Assembly: GCA_963839315.1 (NCBI GenBank)
Contig: CAWIUU010000024.1
Span: 129,631 to 193,630, forward strand
From: Candidatus Acidiferrales bacterium
GTDB taxonomy: Bacteria > Acidobacteriota > Terriglobia > Acidiferrales > UBA7541
Reading direction: 5' to 3'
Length of the DNA stretch: 64,000 nucleotides
Shown here: piece after piece, positions 55,815-64,000 of the stretch
How positions within the stretch are numbered: position 1 is the stretch's first letter
Layout of the letters: the number at the start of each line of letters is the position of its first letter
Translations under genes and position numbers: made by a program
The notes under the pieces: generated by a model
What the model was told of the DNA's origin: nothing
Seen by the model: only the letters and a program-made list of their open reading frames with translations
Databases searched by the model: none

Positions 55815-56058
55815 TCCGGGTTGCCCGTAATCCAGGAGCAATCCGGACATAGGCATGTACAAGATGGCGACTACACGCTCAGGTCGTGCTTCCGGTTGGC
55901 CGACAAGGCACGCGGCGAAGCGGTCTGTTAGTACCTTCTGGCAACTGTGTGAATCCAAACCTGTCCATGACAAGGTCGCCGATTATAGGGTTCGGAGGAT
56001 CAGATCCCTTTTTGCCCCCGCGTGTTTTTGTTAAGTATCCATCCATCAGGAAGATGGA

Positions 56059-56134
56059 TGGTAGAGGCGGTGGGGATCGAACCGACGACCTCTTCCATGC
56101 CATGGAAGCGCGCCCCCAGCTGCGCCACAGGCCC
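56059..56134 (-). tRNA. tRNA-Ala(GGC), chimeric/damaged 3' end (probable pseudo-tRNA)
   Basis: GGGCCTG TG GCGC AGCTGGGG GCGC G CTTCC AT GGC AT GGAAG AGGTC GTCGG TTCGATC CCCAC CGCCTCT A CCA. D and anticodon arms pair; acceptor and T stems contain C-C mismatches. Confidence 0.85.
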
Positions 56135-56250
56135 GCGATTGAAGACAAAAAAGCCCACGCCCGCCAAATCGGGATCGAGGCAAGTACCGAATTCATTTTC
56201 GCCGCTGGCATTCCACGCCGACGCGCCACTTTACATCCTAGGTGCCAAGA

Positions 56251-57009
56251 CTAGGATTCCAGCAGAGCTCGTAACTTGTGAGCATATCTGCGACTCGACG
56301 TGACCACCGTTCCTTCTGCCAGTATGATGTCGTATACCCCATCGAACATCGGACGAATCTCGCTAATGCGGGCACTGTTCACGATGGCCGATTTCCGCAC
56401 TCGGATGAAGTGGTGTGGCGCCAGCTTCTCTTCCAGGTGTGCCAGGGTTTCCCGCAACAGGTGACTGTCGCTGGCGGTGTGTATGCAGGCATAGTTTCCC
56501 GTGGCTTCGATCCACAAAACGTGGGAAACGGGAACAAAGAAAATCCGCTTCTTGTCCTTTACCACAAAGCGTTCCAACGGGCGGAGACTACGGAGGGATT
56601 GGAGCAGTGGTTCGAGACCTCGATTTGCTTTCCTGGACTGTTCGAGGACCTGGCGTGCGTGAACCAGGGCCTTGGCAAATCGCTCCTTATCATACGGTTT
56701 CAAGAGATAGTCAACAGCGTGCACTTCGAATGCACGAATGGCGTGCGCATCGTGAGCCGTGACGAAGATATATACGGGAGCGGGGCCGGTCGATGGCTCC
56801 ACATTTTCGATGACTCCAAAACCATCCAGATCAGGCATCAGCACATCGAGAAAAACGATGTCGGGATGAAGTTCATTGATCTGCTCCACCGCACTTATTC
56901 CGTTCGCCGCCTCGCCTACAACTTCAATGCCGTTGTGTTCGGCCAGATAGCGACGGATACCGCGGCGGGCGATCGGTTCGTCATCGACGATGAGGACTCG
57001 TGTCTTCAT
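56251..57009 (-). CDS. LytTR-family response regulator
   Basis: IVDDE, FLDVLMP, FVTAHD, DYLLKP, LytTR WIEATGNY..FIRV..SRRY. Confidence 0.95.
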   Translation of the reverse strand: MKTRVLIVDDEPIARRGIRRYLAEHNGIEVVGEAANGISAVEQINELHPDIVFLDVLMPDLDGFGVIENVEPSTGPAPVYIFVTAHDAHAIRAFEVHAVDYLLKPYDKERFAKALVHARQVLEQSRKANRGLEPLLQSLRSLRPLERFVVKDKKRIFFVPVSHVLWIEATGNYACIHTASDSHLLRETLAHLEEKLAPHHFIRVRKSAIVNSARISEIRPMFDGVYDIILAEGTVVTSSRRYAHKLRALLES

Positions 57010-58087
57010 GCGAACTCCTCAGTGGAATGGTGATGATGGCCTCACAGCCTCGACCGTTGCCCCCGGTAAGTTCCAGCGACGACTCGTCCCCGTAGAGCTG
57101 TTTCAAGCGTGACTGGACGTTGGTGAGTCCGACGCCGAATCGCAGGCGCGATCCCGGTGCCGGACCCGGGCCATCATCGCGGACGCAGAGCCAAACTCTG
57201 CCGTTGTGGAGTTTGGCAGCGATCTCTAGCCGGCCTGCGGCGGAATCGACGCTGATGCCGTGCTTGATGGCATTCTCAACCAGTGGCTGAAGCGCCAGAC
57301 TCGGTACATAGACTGCGAGAAGGTCAGGTGGCACGTCCATGTGAACTTTCAAGCGATCATGAAAGCGTGTCTGTTCGATCTCCAGATACTTGCCGACGAA
57401 CTCGAGCTCGCTCTGCAAGGTGATCTCGTTTTCCCACCGTTCGAGGGCCATGCGCAGCAAGTCGCCGAGGCAGACTAGCAGATGGCTCGCAGCATCGACG
57501 TCTTCATGCATCAGGATTCCAATGGTGTGAAGGCTGTTGAACAAAAAGTGCGGATGTAACTGGCTCTTAAGGTTCTCAAGTTCGGCATGGGAGAGCTGCG
57601 TCTCCAGTTGCGCCGCTATAGTCTGGCGCTCCATAGCGGCCTGGTAAAAGTGGATCGACTGATACAATCCCACAACTAACCAGTACGAAAGTATGCCAGT
57701 AAAGCTCATAGATAGAACACTGACTGCGAACGGCGGGAGAAGGCGCAGGACGCCAGGATCAGTTATGCGAAAAACTGACCGCAGAAGTCCACGGCTCAGA
57801 AAGTACTCGGTGACAGATGCCAGGGGAGCCATCATGAGCGACGTGATTGTGTGGATCGCTATATGAGGTACAAACCTCGGCCCCGTCAACGGGAACCGTT
57901 TGGCCAGACCAATCACAAGCGGTGTGTACGCCGCCCATACGTACCAGTAGATGAGTTCGAGCGCACCCACGATCACCCAGCTGACGTGGATACCCTGTAC
58001 CTTCACCAGCACGATCCTGCGCACGGCAAACAACAGTCCTACAGTCGTCCACGCACACAGGATCAAAATCCATCTCGTCCGTCCCAT
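56981..58087 (-). CDS. LytS-like sensor histidine kinase
   Basis: TMs, LKSQLHPHFLFNSL, LQPLVENAIKHG, GVGLTNV. Confidence 0.93.
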   Translation of the reverse strand: MGRTRWILILCAWTTVGLLFAVRRIVLVKVQGIHVSWVIVGALELIYWYVWAAYTPLVIGLAKRFPLTGPRFVPHIAIHTITSLMMAPLASVTEYFLSRGLLRSVFRITDPGVLRLLPPFAVSVLSMSFTGILSYWLVVGLYQSIHFYQAAMERQTIAAQLETQLSHAELENLKSQLHPHFLFNSLHTIGILMHEDVDAASHLLVCLGDLLRMALERWENEITLQSELEFVGKYLEIEQTRFHDRLKVHMDVPPDLLAVYVPSLALQPLVENAIKHGISVDSAAGRLEIAAKLHNGRVWLCVRDDGPGPAPGSRLRFGVGLTNVQSRLKQLYGDESSLELTGGNGRGCEAIITIPLRSSHEDTSPHRR

Positions 58088-58219
58088 ATCTGGTGTGGCC
58101 TGCAGCAATGGGTGTGTCGACCCTCCGGCACGGATTATAGCTGAACCTTCGAAGGAGACATCACTGAGGACAGGGCCGTCGAGAGCGCCAAGCTCTCTCG
58201 GCAAAGCAATTTCACCGGT

Positions 58220-58520
58220 CCAGGTTTACGAGCTGGCAATCGGGCAGTTGTTGGCAAACGCGCCAACCCCACGTCCATCGTGGCTGTAGAAGGGCCTTTG
58301 TCTAGGTTGATTGGGGAGAAAGGTAAGGAGCTCAAGACTCCACGTGCTGCCATCCCAATGTAACGAAGCGTTTGTGAGGGAAGGTACAAAGTCTTTGGCC
58401 GCCAACCGCCCAGACGTTTGTGCCCGATACCGCTGCCACACTTTGAATTCCAGTTTTGCCCTGTGAACGGATCCGCGGCAACAGTATTTGACGGTCCACT
58501 CTGACCGCTTGTCTCATTTC
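58220..58520 (-). pseudogene. degraded beta-propeller-repeat protein fragment
   Basis: Out-of-frame pieces VAAVSGTNVWAVG and LHWDGSTWS. Confidence 0.45.
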
Positions 58521-58701
58521 GGACGCCGCATGTCACTTTTCCTGCAAACACTGGTTCTTCGCGGCATATTGTTCCGTGAGCAGGAGTATCGCCAAGAACG
58601 TATTGGCGTTGGGATGACGCTGTGGTCGACAGGGCCTACAAGAGGAGAAGAACTGAATGAAATCGAGATTGGCAACTTCAATACGCTGCAGCTTTCTATA
58701 C

Positions 58702-59189
58702 ATGAATCTGGGGGGGGCGCATTCTGGTCTCCACGTTACTGGCGGTAATCGTAACGGCTGCAGCCTGGGCGCAAAGTGCTCCTGCCGTCAGTCCGGCAGA
58801 AGCGCGAAAAGCGATTCAAGCGCGTGTGGCGATGGACAAGAACACAATCGAGAGGATGCTGGCTCCGGATTTATACGTCCAAACTCCCGACCGAAAACTA
58901 ACACGGCAGGAGTTTATCGATGCAATCTTCTCCCGCCCGTATACCTTAACGATTTGACGCCACCGTGCTCACGGTCGAACCCAGAGGCACCGACTGGGCG
59001 GCACTCGTACTTGAGAAACTAGAGGGCGAGATTAAGGACAACAGTGGCAAAACGAGCAAGATCTACGTCATGGGGGTTGTACGGGATGGCTGGGGAAAAT
59101 TGAACGACAACCAGTGGACCCTCCTATGGTCCGAGCAGCTGGGCCAGCAACTGTGGGAGGAGGAGACTCCGCCGATCGCAAACTGGTAA
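58702..59189 (+). pseudogene. NTF2/DUF4440-like exported protein, frameshifted
   Basis: Pieces ..AMDKNTIERMLAPD..LTRQEFIDAI.. and ..LTVEPRGTDWAALVLEKLEGE..RDGW. Confidence 0.45.
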
Positions 59190-59354
59190 CGGAGTTTCCA
59201 AGTAATGTCCTCCGCCGGTCCCGATTCAGCTAGCAATTGCTGTTGTCGGCGGTAATCTGATTCTTGCCGAAGGCTATATACCTCCAGGTCTGACATAACA
59301 ATGGCAAAGCATTCTCTTTGAAAATGCTGAAATCCAAACTGAAATGAGGACAAA

Positions 59355-59888
59355 ATGAAGAGAACTTTCGTGATCCCTGCCTTGCTGTTCCTCGCCGCGT
59401 CAGCGATTGCACAAACAACGTGCGCGCAATCAAAGAACCCGGTAAGTACCGCCCTGAGAGACATTCTGCCCGGCCGGCAGAAAAACACCGTCGCAGCCGT
59501 CGAAGCCATGCCCGCCGAAAAATTCAGTTACAAGCCCAGCGCCGACCAGATGACCTTCGGCCGTCTGGTTGTCCACATGGCCGAAACGAATAATCTGCTG
59601 TGCGGCAAGGCGGCCGCCGTCCCTGCTCCCAAGGTCGAGGAGGCGAAAGACACGGACTCGAAAGACAAGCTCATCGTCGCGCTCAAGGCCTCCTTCGATT
59701 TCTGTTCCGACGCGCTGGCGAATATGGACGATTCGAAACTAGCGGAGACCACGGAAGGATTCGGCGGAAAACAAGTTACACGCGCCTGGTTGAGCCTGAT
59801 CCTAGCCGGTACTTGGGCCGATCACTACGCCGAAGCCGCAATGTATCTGCGCCTGAACGGTGTGTTGCCGCCGACCGCCAAGAAGTAA
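59355..59888 (+). CDS. exported DinB-family protein
   Basis: Signal peptide, AMPAEKFSYKP, TFGRLVVH, LKASFDFC, DHY..YLRLNGVLPP. Confidence 0.88.
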   Translation: MKRTFVIPALLFLAASAIAQTTCAQSKNPVSTALRDILPGRQKNTVAAVEAMPAEKFSYKPSADQMTFGRLVVHMAETNNLLCGKAAAVPAPKVEEAKDTDSKDKLIVALKASFDFCSDALANMDDSKLAETTEGFGGKQVTRAWLSLILAGTWADHYAEAAMYLRLNGVLPPTAKK

Positions 59889-59978
59889 GAGCGATGCTCC
59901 CATTTATAAAGCTGTAAACGTCGAAACGGAGATCCGTACGAAGTGAGCAATCTGAGAACTTGATTCATTGGGGGAATC

Positions 59979-62459
59979 ATGGAAATACTATTCAATGATA
60001 TCCGGTACGCATTTCGCATCATGCGGAAGAGTCCCGGCTTCACTCTCATAATCATTCTCACGCTGGCATTGGGAATTGGGGCGAACACATCGATTTTCAG
60101 CATCGTAAACGCGGTGCTATTGCGTTCCCTGCCGTACTACGACCCCAGTCGTTTGGTGAAGATCACTTTCAACAATCCTGGAATAGGTTTGCGTGACATC
60201 CCCTTCTCTGTCCCCGAGTTGGAGGATCTGAAGTCAAGAGCCGGTGTCTTCGAGGAAGTAAGCGTTGTCGTCTCTGGCCCCACCAATTTGACCGGCGCCA
60301 GACAACAACCGGAACGTCTTGAATTGCTCGAGGTGAGCCCCAACTATTTTTCCATGCTCGGCACAACACCAGAAATCGGGCGGTTATTTGGTCCGCAGGA
60401 TTTTGCGCTTGGTTTTGCGGAAGCAACTGTGATTAGCGATGGCTTATGGCGCCGCTCTTACGGCGCCGACCCGGATATTCTCGGAAAGCGTTTGAGGATG
60501 GACAACGATCCGTACACGATTGTGGGAGTGGTTCCTGCCGGATTTCGCCACCCCGGAAAGACGATCGCGAGGGATGTGGAAGTGTGGGTCACGTGCGGGT
60601 TCAGCGGGGATCCTTATCCGAAACCCGCGCGCAACGTGAAGGTGGCGCGCGAGGCAATCGGACGGCTGAAACCTGGTATCGATGTAACGCAGGCTCAGTC
60701 GAGGCTAACCGCAATGGCCAGCGAACTCCGAACTGACTTCCCGAATGATTATCCTCCTGAGGCCAAATGGTCCATCGAGATCCAACCTTTGCAGGACTCA
60801 CTCGTAGGCAATGTGCGTCCCCAACTGCTGGTGTTGATGGCCGCGGTAGTCCTAGTCGTGCTAATCGCATCCGTGAACATCGCAAACCTTCTACTGGCTC
60901 GCGCTTCAGGAAGACAGAGAGAAATGGCATTGCGGATGGCGCTTGGGGCTGGCCGTTTTCGCATGGTGCGCCAGATGCTGACGGAGGCGCTGGTGCTTTC
61001 CTTGATCGCGGGTGTGGCAGGCGTGCTCGCAGCGAAATTGACCTTGAGTTTCATCATTCGCTTTGTTCCCGCTTCAGTTCCCCGGCTTGCCGAAGTGGGT
61101 GTCGACCGGACGGTGCTGCTTTTTGCTCTTCTGATTTCCATCTTCACCGGAATCATATTTGGGCTCGCTCCAGCTTTTCAGGCAATGAAAGCCGATATGA
61201 CTGCCGCAATTCGGGAAGGTGCTCAAGGCTCCGGTTCCAGCGCTAAGACATTCCGGTTGAGGAGTCTGCTGATTGTGTCTGAATTGGCGCTTGCTGTTGT
61301 GTTGATGGTTGGAGCCGGCTTGCTCCTGCGGACTTTCTGGGGATTGCTTCAGGAGAATCCGGGTTTTAATCCTTCGAGAGTAGTTACTGCAAGCATCTAC
61401 CTACCGGTACCGAACGATCCCAAGATGGATGTGTATAGAGACTTCTCAAAAAAGACATCTTTTATCAGGGACGTCATCCGGCGTGTGGCCGCGATTCCAG
61501 GAATCGATCGGGCTGCCGTGACCTCGGATTTGCCCGGCGCGCGTCCCGCGATAACCGCGGCGCTGGTGATTGAGGACCGCGCGACCGATTCATCGCAAGG
61601 GTTAACAGCGGAAGTAATTTGTGTGAGTCCCGATTATTTCATGCTGATGCAATCCCCATTGATTCGTGGGCGGTTTTTCCTAGAAAGCGATGAAAGCGGA
61701 AAGCAGGAGGTAGCCATCATTGATGAGACTACGGCGCGACGCTATTGGTCGGGCATTGATCCTGTCGGCAGGCGCTTGCGGTTGGGGGGAAATCGCAACC
61801 TTCCCCTTTCTTGGGTAACCGTGGTCGGAATCGTCAAGGATATGAAGCAAGACGGACTCGACACAGATGGTGTCCCTCACATATTCAGACCTATCTATCA
61901 GCAATCAGGGCCGAGGAGTAAGGACATGAGCGTGGTGGCAAGGACGCCTCTGCCCGCATCACTCCTCGAATCGCAGATTCGGAGTGAGATACAGTCTGTG
62001 GATCCTACCCTGCCCGTATTCAATATCCGCTCCATGAACGACGTGATGGATGTTTCAATTGCTCCGCGCCGATTCTCGGCGGAATTGGTTGGAGTGTTCG
62101 CGGCCGTCGCGATGCTCTTGTCCTCCATTGGCATCTATGGCTTGCTGGCCTACATGGTTGGGCAGAGGTCTCGTGAGATTGGAATCCGAGTCGCCTTGGG
62201 AGCCCAGCGGTCAGATATCCTCACACTCATTCTCGGCAAAGGGCTATTGCTCGCCGGTACTGGAATTGCGATTGGATTGATCCTTTCTGCAATCTCAGCA
62301 CGGATGATTGCAGGTCTTCTGTATGGCGTTCATCCGATTGATGTGATCGTCTTCGTCACAGTCCCGCTGATTTTGTTGGTTGTCGCCTTTCTGGCGACTT
62401 ACATTCCCGCTCGTCGCGCGACGATGGTGGATCCAATCATTGCCTTACATGAAAGCTAG
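59979..62459 (+). CDS. ABC transporter permease, duplicated MacB/FtsX (ADOP type)
   Basis: DIRYAFR..KSPGFT..LALGIGANT, REMALRMALGA, REIGIRVALGA, PARRATMVDP. Confidence 0.95.
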   Translation: MEILFNDIRYAFRIMRKSPGFTLIIILTLALGIGANTSIFSIVNAVLLRSLPYYDPSRLVKITFNNPGIGLRDIPFSVPELEDLKSRAGVFEEVSVVVSGPTNLTGARQQPERLELLEVSPNYFSMLGTTPEIGRLFGPQDFALGFAEATVISDGLWRRSYGADPDILGKRLRMDNDPYTIVGVVPAGFRHPGKTIARDVEVWVTCGFSGDPYPKPARNVKVAREAIGRLKPGIDVTQAQSRLTAMASELRTDFPNDYPPEAKWSIEIQPLQDSLVGNVRPQLLVLMAAVVLVVLIASVNIANLLLARASGRQREMALRMALGAGRFRMVRQMLTEALVLSLIAGVAGVLAAKLTLSFIIRFVPASVPRLAEVGVDRTVLLFALLISIFTGIIFGLAPAFQAMKADMTAAIREGAQGSGSSAKTFRLRSLLIVSELALAVVLMVGAGLLLRTFWGLLQENPGFNPSRVVTASIYLPVPNDPKMDVYRDFSKKTSFIRDVIRRVAAIPGIDRAAVTSDLPGARPAITAALVIEDRATDSSQGLTAEVICVSPDYFMLMQSPLIRGRFFLESDESGKQEVAIIDETTARRYWSGIDPVGRRLRLGGNRNLPLSWVTVVGIVKDMKQDGLDTDGVPHIFRPIYQQSGPRSKDMSVVARTPLPASLLESQIRSEIQSVDPTLPVFNIRSMNDVMDVSIAPRRFSAELVGVFAAVAMLLSSIGIYGLLAYMVGQRSREIGIRVALGAQRSDILTLILGKGLLLAGTGIAIGLILSAISARMIAGLLYGVHPIDVIVFVTVPLILLVVAFLATYIPARRATMVDPIIALHES

Positions 62460-62502
62460 AACTGCGAGGCTAGAAACGTCACCGACTGCCAAGGAGAAGA
62501 AA

Positions 62503-62961
62503 GTGTCCGTTTACGAAAGGTTTGAGGCTCTCAACATCGCACTTCCAAAACTCACGCCGCCGGTAGCAGCTTTTGTACCCTTCCTGCGAAGCGGCAATTT
62601 GATTTTCTTGGCTGGTCACATTGCCAAACTCGACGGCCAGCCATGGGTCGGTCAGTTGGGTGCGAATCTAACGACCGAGCAAGGGAAAAACGCCGCCCGC
62701 GCCGTGGCCATCGATCTGATGGGCACACTTCAAGCGGCGGCCGGTGACCTAAACCAGATCAAACGTATCTTGAAGCTGATGGTGCTCGTAAATAGCACTC
62801 CCGCGTACACCGAGCAGCATCTGGTGGCCAATGGCGCATCGGAATTCTTCGCGGAGATTTTTGGAGACATAGGAATGCATGTTCGCTGCGCATTTGGGGT
62901 GGCTCAGATTCCGTTTGGAGCTTGTGTCGAGATCGATCTGATCGCGGAGGTTACTGATTAA
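62503..62961 (+). CDS. RidA/YjgF-family protein
   Basis: GTG after AAGGAG; LIFLAGH, VANGASE, HVRCAFGV, VEID. Confidence 0.9.
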   Translation: MSVYERFEALNIALPKLTPPVAAFVPFLRSGNLIFLAGHIAKLDGQPWVGQLGANLTTEQGKNAARAVAIDLMGTLQAAAGDLNQIKRILKLMVLVNSTPAYTEQHLVANGASEFFAEIFGDIGMHVRCAFGVAQIPFGACVEIDLIAEVTD

Positions 62962-63863
62962 TGGCCCAAGTGAAGTCTTACCGCTACGCAGTCGTTGACG
63001 TCTTCACGACGGAGCCTTTGGCGGGGAACCCACTAGCGGTATTCCCAGACGCGTCAGAATTCGACGAAACGACGATGCAGAAGATCGCCAGGGAGCTCAA
63101 CTTGACGGAAACCGCCTTCGTGCTTCCAGCAACACGCGAAGATTGCGTGGCACGCGTGCGCATTTTTTCGCCAGCAAAAGAGTTGCCATTTGCCGGCCAT
63201 CCCACAATTGGCACTGCGTTTGTGCTGTTGCAGGAAGGGATCGTCTCGCGAAATAGCAGTGAGTTCAGTCTGGAAGAGGGGGTAGGCCCTATCCTGCTTC
63301 GGATTGAAGGAGGGCCTCGCCCTCTCATTTGGATGCGTATGCCTCCGATTCGCGAAGGAAGATGCTATGGCTCCTCTCTCTGCGCGAGAGCGCTGGGGCT
63401 GCAACCGCAGGACCTGTTGCCAATGGAGCCTCAACTGTTCAGCGCGGGCAATCCAACAGTAGTAGTTGCCGCGAAAGATAGGGCAGCAGTCGATCGTGCA
63501 TGGCTTGATTCAGCGGGTCTAAAAACTCTGAAGTATGCGGAGGACGAGTCCTTCTGCGTCTACTTGTTTACCCCAACTCCTGATGGGGCCTATTCCCGGA
63601 TGTTTGCGCCGGAATACGGAATTCCCGAGGATCCGGCGACCGGAAGCTCTATGGGACCTTTGGCGGTTTTCATGATGCGTCACAAACTTATCTCCAACGC
63701 CGGAGGCGCGCGCTTTGTGAGCGAACAGGGCACAAAAATGGGCCGTCGCAGCCTGCTACATGTAGAGGTTCGTGGGAACGAAGCCGCAGATGGAATCTTT
63801 GTCGGCGGTCATGTCACGCCGCTTGTGGAAGCTGTCATGACGTTGGGCTTCCATAACGAGTGA
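62961..63863 (+). CDS. PhzF-family epimerase/isomerase
   Basis: VDVFT..GNPLAV, ELNLTETAF, ELPFAGHPT, EDPATGS, EQG..MGRRS. Confidence 0.93.
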   Translation: MAQVKSYRYAVVDVFTTEPLAGNPLAVFPDASEFDETTMQKIARELNLTETAFVLPATREDCVARVRIFSPAKELPFAGHPTIGTAFVLLQEGIVSRNSSEFSLEEGVGPILLRIEGGPRPLIWMRMPPIREGRCYGSSLCARALGLQPQDLLPMEPQLFSAGNPTVVVAAKDRAAVDRAWLDSAGLKTLKYAEDESFCVYLFTPTPDGAYSRMFAPEYGIPEDPATGSSMGPLAVFMMRHKLISNAGGARFVSEQGTKMGRRSLLHVEVRGNEAADGIFVGGHVTPLVEAVMTLGFHNE

Positions 63864-63891
63864 AGCGGGACGATCCCAGGGAGCGAATTAA

Positions 63892-64000
63892 ATGACGTCG
63901 GCCTATGAACGATTGAAGAACCTGCAGATTACTTTGCCTGACGTTCCACCCCCTGTGGTGGATGGCTATGTTGCTGCTTTCGTTCCGTTTGTCCGGACCG
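63892..64000 (+). CDS. second RidA-family protein (3' partial)
   Basis: MTSAYERLKNLQITLPDVPPPVV..AAFVPFVRT parallels the N-terminus of 62503-62961. Confidence 0.75.
   Translation, partial: MTSAYERLKNLQITLPDVPPPVVDGYVAAFVPFVRT

Overview
Probably an Acidobacteria (Terriglobia-like) chromosome segment, inferred from the ADOP-type permease, the GGGCTAAAGCCC-type palindrome and overall gene content. 1-40.1 kb is housekeeping: dnaE2-like polymerase, LysR, gltB, tldD/tldE, ahcY, metK, rtcB, prfB, lnt, SPOR, slipin/NfeD, two TPR genes, class A PBP, proS, cysE/cysK, a two-component system, desaturase, rpiB, glyA. Most genes in the first ~20.5 kb carry frameshifts and those in 20.6-40 kb carry none, which points to read/assembly indels. 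About 40.1-56.1 kb is an accessory island ending at a chimeric, damaged tRNA-Ala(GGC). It holds gene fragments, a PAS/GGDEF gene and a compact ~4 kb mobile element (Zn-finger DUF6431-like ORF, CHC2/Toprim primase, two tyrosine recombinases) bounded by 13-bp inverted repeats. It also holds a carbonic anhydrase/cation-proton antiporter module flanked by ~60-70 bp direct repeats, and a group II intron inserted in an inverted partial copy of that repeat. 56.2-64 kb holds a LytS/LytTR pair, fragments, DinB, an ADOP permease and RidA-PhzF-RidA. The best candidate for an undescribed system is the primase plus dual-recombinase element together with the dispersed repeat family related to its ends. Family assignments come from motif recognition by eye; no searches were run.
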